DNA of 64,000 nucleotides from Gammaproteobacteria bacterium. GTDB taxonomy: Bacteria > Pseudomonadota > Gammaproteobacteria > Ga0077536. Positions 8,747 through 16,660 of the stretch are shown piece after piece. Position numbers and translations under genes: made by a program. Position 1 is the stretch's first letter. Every line of letters begins with the position of its first letter. The notes below the pieces were generated by a model. That model was given only the letters and a program-made list of their open reading frames with translations. It was not told where the DNA came from and ran no database searches. The stretch is taken from positions 37,091 to 101,090 of the forward strand of contig JBFWYG010000010.1 in assembly GCA_050186725.1 (NCBI GenBank). Direction: 5' to 3'.

Positions 8747-10177
8747 ATGAGCATCGCCGCCACGCCCAGCGCCCTGCGCGAGATCGCCGACATGCCGGCG
8801 CCCAAGGGCTTGCCGCTGTTCGGCAACTTCTTCGAGATCGATCTGAATCACTTCCACCAGGTGCTGGAACGCTGGGCCGATCAGCTGGGGCCGGTATACA
8901 GCTTCGCGATCGGGCCGCGACGCATGGTGGCGCTGGCCGACCCCGAGGCGATGAAGCGCATGTTCCGCGAGCGGCCGGACACCTTTCGGCGCACGCGCCG
9001 CCTGGCCGACGCGCTCGCGGAGATGCGCTTCACCGGCGTGTTCTCGGCGGAGGGCGATACCTGGCGGCGCCAGCGCAAGCTGGTCGCGATGGCCTTGAAC
9101 ACGGCGCATCTGAAGTCCTTCTACCCGAGCATGCGCATCACCACCGAACGCCTGCTGGCGCGCTGGCAGCGCGCGGCGCGCGACGGCGTGGACATCGACT
9201 TGTGCGCGGATCTCATGCGCTACACCGTCGACGTCACCACCCAGCTCGCCTTCGGCATCGACTTCAACACCCTCGAGACCGAAGGGCCGGTGATCCAGCA
9301 GAAGCTCGACAAGGTCTTCCCGGTGTTGAATTCCCGCATCAACGCGCTGGTGCCCTACTGGCGGCACTTCCGTCTGCCGCGCGATCGCGAACTGGACGCG
9401 GCGCTGGCCGACATCCAGCTGCGGGTCAACGCCATCATCGCCGACGCGCGCGCGCGCATGGCCGCCGATCCCGCGCTGTACGAGGCGCCGACCAATTTCC
9501 TGGAGGCGATCATCGCCGCCAAGGAATCCGAGGGCATCGAGTTATCCGACGAAGACATCTACGGCAACGTCTGCACCTTGCTGCTGGCCGGCGAGGACAC
9601 CACCGCGAACACCATTGCCTGGGCGGTGAACTTCTTCATCGAACAGCCGGCGCTCTTCGCGCGCGCGCGCGCCGAGGCGGACGCGGTGCTCGGCCATTCG
9701 CCGGTCGCGACCGACGTCGACCAGGCCGGCGAACTGCCCTTCATCGAGGCCTTCTACAACGAGACCATGCGGCTCAAGCCGGTCGCGCCGATCAACGCGA
9801 TGGAGCCGCTGGAAGACGTGGAGCTCATGGGCTACCGCATTCCGCGCGGCACGGTCGTCATGATGCTCACGCGGCACATGGCGACCGACGAGGCGCGCTT
9901 CGGCGACGCCAGGCGTTTCGACCCGGACCGCTGGCTGCGCGAGACGCAGCCGGCGGGCTGCCCGCACGACACCAGCGCCTACGTGCCTTTCGGCACCGGG
10001 CCGCGCTTCTGTCCGGGGCGCAATCTCGCGCTGCTCGAGATCCGCACCGTGCTGTCCATGCTCTGTCGCAACTTCGAGGTGCGCCTCGCGCCGGGCACGC
10101 CGCCGGTGGAGGAGCACCTGGCCTTCACCATGATGCCGAGGAATCTCATCGTGCGCCTGACGGCGCGCGCCAACTGA
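8747..10177 (+). CDS. Cytochrome P450
   Basis: I-helix LLLAGEDTT, K-helix ETMRLKP, FDPDRW and heme loop PFGTGPRFCPG; 476 aa from the ATG at 8747. Confidence 0.95.
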   Translation: MSIAATPSALREIADMPAPKGLPLFGNFFEIDLNHFHQVLERWADQLGPVYSFAIGPRRMVALADPEAMKRMFRERPDTFRRTRRLADALAEMRFTGVFSAEGDTWRRQRKLVAMALNTAHLKSFYPSMRITTERLLARWQRAARDGVDIDLCADLMRYTVDVTTQLAFGIDFNTLETEGPVIQQKLDKVFPVLNSRINALVPYWRHFRLPRDRELDAALADIQLRVNAIIADARARMAADPALYEAPTNFLEAIIAAKESEGIELSDEDIYGNVCTLLLAGEDTTANTIAWAVNFFIEQPALFARARAEADAVLGHSPVATDVDQAGELPFIEAFYNETMRLKPVAPINAMEPLEDVELMGYRIPRGTVVMMLTRHMATDEARFGDARRFDPDRWLRETQPAGCPHDTSAYVPFGTGPRFCPGRNLALLEIRTVLSMLCRNFEVRLAPGTPPVEEHLAFTMMPRNLIVRLTARAN

Positions 10178-10190
10178 AGGGGAGCGAGGA

Positions 10191-10688
10191 ATGAAGACGA
10201 TTCATGCGACGCTGGTGGCGGGCGCGGGCCTGCTGCTTTCCACCCAGCTGCCGGCCGCCGACTGCGCCGACGGCAGCGGCCCGCAGGGCGCGGTGCAGAA
10301 CTACATCACCGCCATGCAGAACCACGCGTTCAGCAAGGCCTATGACTTCGTCACCGCGAAGATGACCGACGGCAAGTCGCGCGAGGACTGGGCGGCCCAG
10401 CAGAAGCTCTTCTACGAGGGCGGCGAGGTCAACGTGCTCGGCATGGACATCCGCAAGGCGCAGGCGCCTGACGACGACGCGGCCTGCGCCAAGCAGGCCC
10501 TCGTGCCGAACATCCTCAAGTCGCGCGACAAGTTCAACAACCAGGGCACCACCGAGTTCGAGGTCTATACCACCGTCAAGGATGGCGACGCGTGGAAGAT
10601 CGACGCCCAGGAGACGCTGTTCGACGCCGAGGGCGTGAAGAAGTGGTTCCCGGGCGAAGAGGTGCCGGATTTCGAGGATCAGTATTGA
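10191..10688 (+). CDS. Hypothetical exported protein (signal peptide; possible NTF2-like fold)
   Basis: Typical GC-rich codon usage, an RBS, N-terminal MKTIHATLVAGAGLLLSTQLPA, two Cys, and a C-terminal TVKDGDAWKID strand typical of NTF2-like domains. It starts 13 nt after the P450 stop. Confidence 0.7.
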   Translation: MKTIHATLVAGAGLLLSTQLPAADCADGSGPQGAVQNYITAMQNHAFSKAYDFVTAKMTDGKSREDWAAQQKLFYEGGEVNVLGMDIRKAQAPDDDAACAKQALVPNILKSRDKFNNQGTTEFEVYTTVKDGDAWKIDAQETLFDAEGVKKWFPGEEVPDFEDQY

Positions 10689-10737
10689 AATCGGGGACAG
10701 ACCCCGGTTGCGTAGCAACCGGGGTCTGTCCCCGATT
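10689..10737. repeat. Perfect 23-bp inverted repeat of the GGGGACAGACCCC family; likely bidirectional terminator/REP
   Basis: AATCGGGGACAGACCCCGGTTGC-GTA-GCAACCGGGGTCTGTCCCCGATT sits directly between two convergent stops (10688 and 10749). Confidence 0.8.
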
Positions 10738-10748
10738 CACGACATTCG

Positions 10749-12278
10749 CTACGCCGCCTCGGCCTGCTTCAGCCGGTCCAGCGCCTGCCGGTGGTCCGGG
10801 AAGTGCTGCAGCATGCCCTCGCAGAACTTGCGCATCTCGGCCGGCAGGAACACCTGCACGTCGCGCGGCGGCTTGCCTGGGCGGGTCGGGAAGCGGCCCA
10901 TGCCAGCCAGGATGCAGTACCAGGAGGTCGGGCTGTACACCTGGCGTCCCGCCTGGCTGCGCAGTTCGCTCAGGAGATCGCCGCCCCTGTCCCACACGGC
11001 GAGGATGCGTTCGAGTTCCGGCGTCAGCGGCGTCGCCTCGCGCGCGTTCACCCAGTACTCGGTGTCGCTGCGCGAGTTCAACTTGTAGTGGGTGAAGACA
11101 TAGTTCTTCACGCCGTCGAAGATCAGATTGATCTTCTCATTCATGTCGGCGCGGTAGCGCTCGCTGAAGCCACCCTGCTCGTAGCGCTGCATGAACATGT
11201 CGACCGTGTCCTGCACGATCATGAGCGCGGTGGCCTCCAGTGGCTCGATGAAGCCCTGGGCGAGCCCGACCGCCAGGCAGTTGCGCACCCAGGACTTCTC
11301 CACGCGACCGACGCGCATGCGCAGGTGGCGAGCCTCCTGTGGTGAATCGAGCAGGCCGAGCGTCTCGCGCAGTTCGCGCTCGGCGGCGTCCTTGTCGACG
11401 TAGTCGGAGGAATACACGTAGCCGTTGCCGTAGCGGTTGGTGAGCGGAATCTTCCACACCCAGCCGAATTTCAGCGCGCGCGACAGGGTCTCCGAGGGCA
11501 GCGTGCCGTCGGCGTCGAGCGGGGTCGGCATGGCGACCGCGCTGTCGTTGAACAGCCACTGCTTGTAGGGCTGGAACGGCACGTTCAAGGTCTTGCCGAT
11601 CAAAAGGCTCGCGAAGCCGGTGCAGTCGACGAAGAAGTCGGCATCCACCTGGCCGTGCTCGGGCGTGTCGACGCCCGCGATGTCGCCGTTCTCGTGCACG
11701 CGCACCTGGTTCACGGTGCCGACGAGGTGACGCACGCCGCGCGCGGTCGACCAGCGCTTGAGGAATTCGCCGATCAGCGCGGCGTCGAAATGGTAGGCGT
11801 AGTCGGCCACGTAGCCGGTGCGCTCGTCGGGTTGCGGCGCGCGGCGGCTGCCGGCGAGGTACTGGGAGATGAAGAAGGTGTCGGGATGCGCGTGCACGTC
11901 GAGGTTGCGGCTGCGCAGCGAGGCGTTCTGGTAGAAGGCGCGGATCGGCCCATCGTCGCTCTGCGAGAAGAACGGGTGGTAGTAGCTCTGGTAGCCGGGC
12001 TTCGTCGACCAGTCGGGAAAGCGGATGCCGCACTTGTAGGTGGCGTTGCAGTGGGGCATCCAGTCCGCTTCGGTCACGCCGATGCGGTCGAAGAAGCGGC
12101 GCATCTTGGGTGTCGAGCCCTCGCCGACGCCGATGATGCCGATGCTGTCGGACTCGAGCAGCGTCACTTCGAACCCGTGTTTCGCCCATCCGTGAACCAG
12201 CATCGCCGCGGTCATCCAGCCGGCGGTGCCGCCGCCGACGATGAGGATGCGCTTGGTGGCTGCGGGAGTCTCGGCCAT
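10749..12278 (-). CDS. Flavin-dependent (tryptophan) halogenase family protein
   Basis: IVGGGTAGW, IGVGEGSTP, CNATYKCGIRF (catalytic Lys position), YHFDA, FVDCTGF, GWVWKIP (WxWxIP) and FIEPLEAT. GAGG RBS precedes the ATG at 12278. Confidence 0.92.
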   Translation of the reverse strand: MAETPAATKRILIVGGGTAGWMTAAMLVHGWAKHGFEVTLLESDSIGIIGVGEGSTPKMRRFFDRIGVTEADWMPHCNATYKCGIRFPDWSTKPGYQSYYHPFFSQSDDGPIRAFYQNASLRSRNLDVHAHPDTFFISQYLAGSRRAPQPDERTGYVADYAYHFDAALIGEFLKRWSTARGVRHLVGTVNQVRVHENGDIAGVDTPEHGQVDADFFVDCTGFASLLIGKTLNVPFQPYKQWLFNDSAVAMPTPLDADGTLPSETLSRALKFGWVWKIPLTNRYGNGYVYSSDYVDKDAAERELRETLGLLDSPQEARHLRMRVGRVEKSWVRNCLAVGLAQGFIEPLEATALMIVQDTVDMFMQRYEQGGFSERYRADMNEKINLIFDGVKNYVFTHYKLNSRSDTEYWVNAREATPLTPELERILAVWDRGGDLLSELRSQAGRQVYSPTSWYCILAGMGRFPTRPGKPPRDVQVFLPAEMRKFCEGMLQHFPDHRQALDRLKQAEAA

Positions 12279-12377
12279 GGTTTCAACCTCGTACGGAAAA
12301 GTCTCGGCGTGAGGACCGCGTCGGCGCAGTATGCTTCGCCGCATCGCCTCGCGCATGACGCCGCGCAAGCGCGCGGC

Positions 12378-12412
12378 AAAAAAAAACGCGGGATGGTTGC
12401 CCATCCCGCGTT
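12378..12412 (-). terminator. Intrinsic terminator downstream of the DUF1329 gene
   Basis: Minus strand: AA-CGCGGGATGG-GCAA-CCATCCCGCG followed by nine T. Confidence 0.85.
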
Positions 12413-12441
12413 CCTTGGAACGGTGAGTTCCCTCGGGACTT

Positions 12442-13875
12442 TTAGGTACCCAGGCGGCGCATGGCCGACTGCGTGATGTAGTCCGAGATGAACTTGGTCG
12501 GCTCGATCTGATCGTAGCCCGACTTCCAACCGCCCTGGCAGGTCTCCGACTGGCAGAAGCGCGTGACACGCTTCGACTGGATGTCGTGGGAGATAACCCA
12601 GTTCCAGCTCCACTCGGTACGACCGTCCGCCGCCTTGGTCACATGGCTGCCGTAATCCGGCACGCCAGGCTTGCCCTTGTCGACGTCGGTGTTGTAGTAC
12701 GCGAAGCCCGGCTCGAACGACTTCCAGGTCTCACCGCGACGGTCGTAGGAGATCGCCTGCGGGTACTCCAGGTTACGCGCATCGAGGTAGATGCGGCGCT
12801 TCTGCAGCGGCGCGCGCGGGAAGCCGGTGGGCTCGCCCTCGAGCACGATGATTTCCGGAATGAGCGACTTGCCGACGTTGTAGTAGGTGGTGTTCTTCGG
12901 ACCACCGACGGTCGGATGCTGCCAGTTCGGCTGGTCGGGACGCCAGTTGTAGTGCATCGCGCCCAGGAACGGGCCGCGGTGGACGATCTTCCAGTTGCCC
13001 CAGGTCAGCATCGGGTCGCCAGCGGCCCACGCGTCGGAGAGGAACAGGTTGATACCGGCGACGAGCGGCTCGAAACGCTGGTTGGTCGGGAACCGGCGCA
13101 CGCGCTTGAACGCGGGCAGGTAGCCGTACAGTTCAGGGAACTTGGCCTGGTCGTAGTACCACTCGTTCATGAACGCGGTACCCTTGATGTCGTTCGGCGC
13201 GGTGAACCAGACCGACTGGAAGCGAATCATGTCCTCGTGGCCGTCGAGGTAGGTCTTGCCGCCGTTCGAGTTCGGATTCACCAGACCCTGGGTCTGCTGC
13301 TGCGCCCACACGAAGTGGTACTCGTACTGCACGTCACCTTCGGGATCCAACGCGTAGGTCGGAATGGCGAAGATGTCCTGGTCGTGACGGCCCCAGGACA
13401 GGGTCACGTTGGCGATGCACTCCTGGCCGGTCTGCGCATCCGGGAACGGATGGCCGCCGATCCACGGCTTGCCGTCCTTGGTGTACACGTTGCCGTCCGA
13501 GCCGAACTGCGCCTGGCCCCAGTTCTTCAGGGTGGCGTCGAGGTAGTAGGGCGGGAACTGGGCTTCGGTCTCGGTCTGGGTCGGCAGGATGAAGAAGGTA
13601 CGGCCGTCCTGCGCGACTTCCTGGTAGACCATCGGGTCGAGCAGGTCCTGGACCAGTTCGACGTTGTCCTTGCTGATGACGTCACCGACCTTGATCTTGC
13701 CCTTGGTGTAGGCCTCGATGTTGGTCAGTTCTTCGGGATAAGCCTTGAAGCTGTCACCGGATTCGGCCATCAATGGCCACAGGGCGCTCAGGATGCCGGC
13801 GCTGCCGAATCCCTTGGCCGTCTTCTCCATGAAGGCGCGACGGCTGTAGTCGTAGTCGTATTTTTGGATATGCAT
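12442..13875 (-). CDS. DUF1329 family periplasmic protein with twin-arginine signal
   Basis: 477 aa. N-terminal YSRRAFMEK...GILSALWPL resembles a Tat signal. GHPFPDAQTGQECIANV, YLPAFKRVRRFP and KRRIYLDA match DUF1329-type segments. Confidence 0.72.
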   Translation of the reverse strand: MHIQKYDYDYSRRAFMEKTAKGFGSAGILSALWPLMAESGDSFKAYPEELTNIEAYTKGKIKVGDVISKDNVELVQDLLDPMVYQEVAQDGRTFFILPTQTETEAQFPPYYLDATLKNWGQAQFGSDGNVYTKDGKPWIGGHPFPDAQTGQECIANVTLSWGRHDQDIFAIPTYALDPEGDVQYEYHFVWAQQQTQGLVNPNSNGGKTYLDGHEDMIRFQSVWFTAPNDIKGTAFMNEWYYDQAKFPELYGYLPAFKRVRRFPTNQRFEPLVAGINLFLSDAWAAGDPMLTWGNWKIVHRGPFLGAMHYNWRPDQPNWQHPTVGGPKNTTYYNVGKSLIPEIIVLEGEPTGFPRAPLQKRRIYLDARNLEYPQAISYDRRGETWKSFEPGFAYYNTDVDKGKPGVPDYGSHVTKAADGRTEWSWNWVISHDIQSKRVTRFCQSETCQGGWKSGYDQIEPTKFISDYITQSAMRRLGT

Positions 13876-13981
13876 TATTTCCCCTGCCTTTCCGAATGGA
13901 ATGGGTAGAACTGTCGGAGCGTGGGAACGCGCCCCACCCCGCAGCCAGCACCCCTTGCAACGATGCGCGGACGTATCGCCA

Positions 13982-14137
13982 GCCGCATAAGGTATCGCAG
14001 CCCACGGGTTCGTCCAAGACCTGGGGCGTGATGGGGACGTCCCGGGTTCGCCAGTAAGTCCCCCCGTCCGGGCGGGTGGTTCAAGCGCGGCCCGGCCGGC
14101 GCGGTCCCCGTCCGGGGTGAATCCTTTAATATGCGGC
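13982..14137. ncRNA. Candidate structured RNA/leader in the divergent DUF1329-Lrp intergenic region (unassigned)
   Basis: Terminal complementarity GCCGCATA-AGG (13982-13992) with CCT-TTAA-TATGCGGC (14123-14137). GGGGAC/GTCCCC pairs, and a repeated CCCCGTCCGGG hairpin at 14062-14072 and 14106-14116. No Rfam family was recognised. Confidence 0.25.
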
Positions 14138-14162
14138 GAGCCGACCTTCGGAGCAGATTCTC

Positions 14163-14441
14163 ATGGTGACCGCGATCGTGCTCATCCAGACCCGCCACGG
14201 GCGCACCAAGGAGGTGGCCCAGGCGCTGGCCGACTTTCCCGAGATCTCCGAGGTCTACTCGGTGGGCGGCAGCTACGACGTGGTGGCCATCGTGCGCGTC
14301 AAGCAGAACGAGGACATCGCCGACATGGTCACCGAGCGCATGGTGGAGGTGGATGGCATCGAGCGCACCGAGACCATGATCGCCTTCAAGACCTACTCCC
14401 GGCACGACCTGGAGAGCGTGTTTTCGCTCGGCATCGAGTGA
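14163..14441 (+). CDS. Stand-alone Lrp/AsnC ligand-binding domain protein (no HTH)
   Basis: 92 aa: MVTAIVLIQT...EVAQALADFPEISEVYSVGGSYDVVAIVRV...VDGIERTETMIAF. Confidence 0.85.
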   Translation: MVTAIVLIQTRHGRTKEVAQALADFPEISEVYSVGGSYDVVAIVRVKQNEDIADMVTERMVEVDGIERTETMIAFKTYSRHDLESVFSLGIE

Positions 14442-14448
14442 GTCCCGC

Positions 14449-14919
14449 GTGGCGCTGACCTGGTGGCGACCCCACGCGGTGGTGTGGGGCGAGTGCGATC
14501 CTTTCGGCCTGGTCTACTACCCGCACATGCTGGCCTGGCTGAACGACGTCGAGCACGACCTGTGGCGCGCTTTGGGCCAGCCCATCGAGACCATGATCGC
14601 CCGCGACCGCACCACCTTCGTGATGGGCGAGGTGGCTTTCCGCTTTACCGGGCCCATCCGCTACGGCGAGCCTGTGATGACCTTCCTGCGCCTGGACAAT
14701 CTCGGTCGCAGCACGGTGCACTGGAGCACGCGAGTGGTCCACGGCGAGACCGCCGCCCCGGTATGCGAGGGCACCGCCACCCGGGTCTATGCGCGGGTGC
14801 AGGACGACGGCGGACTCAAGGCCGCGGCCATCGGGCCGGACCTGCGCGCCCTGCTCGCGACCACCCCGCGACCGCCGACGACCCTGCCGCCGCCGCTGGC
14901 GGCGGTGCTCGACTGGTGA
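14449..14919 (+). CDS. Acyl-CoA thioesterase (4HBT/YbgC hot-dog family)
   Basis: VVWGECDPFGLVYYPHMLAWL...F.GPIRYGE...LGRSTV; GTG start 7 nt after the Lrp-domain gene. Confidence 0.8.
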   Translation: MALTWWRPHAVVWGECDPFGLVYYPHMLAWLNDVEHDLWRALGQPIETMIARDRTTFVMGEVAFRFTGPIRYGEPVMTFLRLDNLGRSTVHWSTRVVHGETAAPVCEGTATRVYARVQDDGGLKAAAIGPDLRALLATTPRPPTTLPPPLAAVLDW

Positions 14920-14980
14920 GCCTCGTGCACCGACGACGCTATAGTCGCGTTCACCAGTCTCGAATCACGGACCGCCGGCC

Positions 14981-16186
14981 ATGACGCCCATCGCCATTCC
15001 CCACGGCGCCTACTGGTGCACGCCCTTCGCGCGCTGGCAGGGGAGTCTCGCCCACCTGCATAGCCTGGAGTTCGCCGCGCAGGTCGCGGCCGAGGCGCTC
15101 GCGGCGCGCGGCATTCCGCCCGCGGTGTTCGATTACGGCGTGCTGGGCATGACCGTGCCACAGCGCCACAGCTTCTACGGCATGCCCTGGGTGTGCGGGC
15201 GGCTCGGCGCGCCGCAGGTTGGTGGTCCGACCGTCATGCAGGCCTGCGCGACCAGCGCGCGGGTGCTGGTGCAGGCCGGCCAGGAAGTGGCCGGCGGCGG
15301 CGCGAGCTGCGTGCTGGCCCTGACCGCCGACCGCGTCTCCAACGGCCCTCATCTCTACTACCCGAACCCGCAGGGCGCGGGCGGTACAGGGGACAGCGAG
15401 GACTGGGTGCTGGGCAATTTCGAGCGCGACCCCTTGGCCGGCTGCAACATGCTGGCGACCGCCGAGAACTGCGCGCGCCGCTGGCAGGTGAGCCGCGAGG
15501 CGCAGCACGACCTGGTGCTGCGACGGTACGCGCAATACCTCGAGGCGACCCGGCCCGACGTCGCGGGCAGGACGTTCCAGTCGCGCTACATGGTGACGCC
15601 GCTCGCGGTGCCCGATCAGCGCGGCCGGCGCGTCGTCACTACGCTCGAGGGCGACGAGGGCATCCACCCGACCACCGCCGAGGGCCTCGCGCGCCTCGCG
15701 CCGGTGCAGGCCGACGGCACCGTCACCTACGGCGCCCAGACCCATCCCGCCGACGGCAATGCCGGCATGGTGATCACGACCCCGGACCGGGCGCGCGAGC
15801 TGGCCCGCGATCCTGGTGTGCGCATCGAACTCGTGGCGAGCGGCCAGGCGCGCACAGAACTGGCCTATATGCCGGCCGCGCCCATCGCCGCCGCGCGCCG
15901 CGCGCTCGACGCGGCCGGCCTCGGCATCGCCGACCTCGCGGCGATCAAGTCGCACAATCCCTTCGCGGTGAACGACATCCTCTTCGCGCGCGAGACCGGC
16001 GCCCCGCTCGAGCGCATGAACAACTACGGCTGCTCGCTGATCTGGGGCCACCCGCAGGCGCCGACCGGCATGCGCGCCATCATCGAGCTCATCGAGGAAC
16101 TGGTGATGCGCGGCGGCGGCCACGGTCTGTTCCACGGCTGCGCCGCCGGGGATACGGCGATGGCGGTGGTCGTTCGCGTGCACTGA
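14981..16186 (+). CDS. Thiolase family protein (divergent, HNPF motif)
   Basis: TPFARWQGSL, QACATS (nucleophile Cys), TAENCARRWQVSREAQ, DEGIHPTT, QTHPADGNAGMV, KSHNPFAVND, NNYGCSLIWGHPQAPTG and GCAAGDTA. Confidence 0.88.
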   Translation: MTPIAIPHGAYWCTPFARWQGSLAHLHSLEFAAQVAAEALAARGIPPAVFDYGVLGMTVPQRHSFYGMPWVCGRLGAPQVGGPTVMQACATSARVLVQAGQEVAGGGASCVLALTADRVSNGPHLYYPNPQGAGGTGDSEDWVLGNFERDPLAGCNMLATAENCARRWQVSREAQHDLVLRRYAQYLEATRPDVAGRTFQSRYMVTPLAVPDQRGRRVVTTLEGDEGIHPTTAEGLARLAPVQADGTVTYGAQTHPADGNAGMVITTPDRARELARDPGVRIELVASGQARTELAYMPAAPIAAARRALDAAGLGIADLAAIKSHNPFAVNDILFARETGAPLERMNNYGCSLIWGHPQAPTGMRAIIELIEELVMRGGGHGLFHGCAAGDTAMAVVVRVH

Positions 16187-16192
16187 GCGGCG

Positions 16193-16660
16193 ATGGACGT
16201 CGAAGGCGACATCCACGTGCCGGCGCCGCCCGAGGTGGTGTGGGAACGGCTCATCGATCCGGCCGTTCTGCAGCGCTGCATTCCCGGCTGCACGCGCATG
16301 ACGCGGCTCGCCGAACATCGCTTCGAGGCCGAGATCGAAGTGCGCTATGGCCCGGTACACGCGAGCTTCCTGACCGACATCACGCTCTCCGACGTGGTCG
16401 CCCCGGCGCACTACGTGCTCTCCGGGCGCGGTCACGGCGGGCTGGCCGGGGTGGGCGAGGGCCGTGCCGAGGTGAGTCTCGACCCGGCGCCGGCCGGCAC
16501 CGTGGTGCGTTATCGGGCCGCGCTCAGCGCCGCCGGCGCGTTGGGACGCATCGGCTCGCGCCTGCTCGGCGGCACCACACGGCGTCTCATCGACCGCTTC
16601 TTCGCGGCCTTCCTCGCGAGCTTCGACGAGGATCCGGTCAGCGCCGCAGATCGAGCGTGA
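16193..16660 (+). CDS. CoxG/SRPBCC family protein
   Basis: VPAPPEVVWERLIDPAVLQRCIPGC...GALGRIGSRLLGGTTRRLIDRFFAAF. Confidence 0.85.
   Translation: MDVEGDIHVPAPPEVVWERLIDPAVLQRCIPGCTRMTRLAEHRFEAEIEVRYGPVHASFLTDITLSDVVAPAHYVLSGRGHGGLAGVGEGRAEVSLDPAPAGTVVRYRAALSAAGALGRIGSRLLGGTTRRLIDRFFAAFLASFDEDPVSAADRA

Noticed and set aside
14025-14065. Minus-strand GGGGAC-TT-ACTGGCGAA-CCCGGGAC-GTCCCC resembling a ZTP (pfl) riboswitch
   Set aside because: It lacks the P2 stem and the 3' CGCCTGGGC hairpin needed for the pseudoknot, and the downstream gene is unrelated to purine/folate metabolism.
13982-14137. 6S RNA or CsrB/RsmZ assignment for the structured intergenic region
   Set aside because: No zapA/ygfA context or recognisable 6S central bubble, and only one ANGGA motif; kept as an unassigned candidate.
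16193-16660. Aerobic CO dehydrogenase locus
   Set aside because: Only a CoxG/SRPBCC-type gene is present; there are no coxL/M/S or other molybdo-hydroxylase genes.
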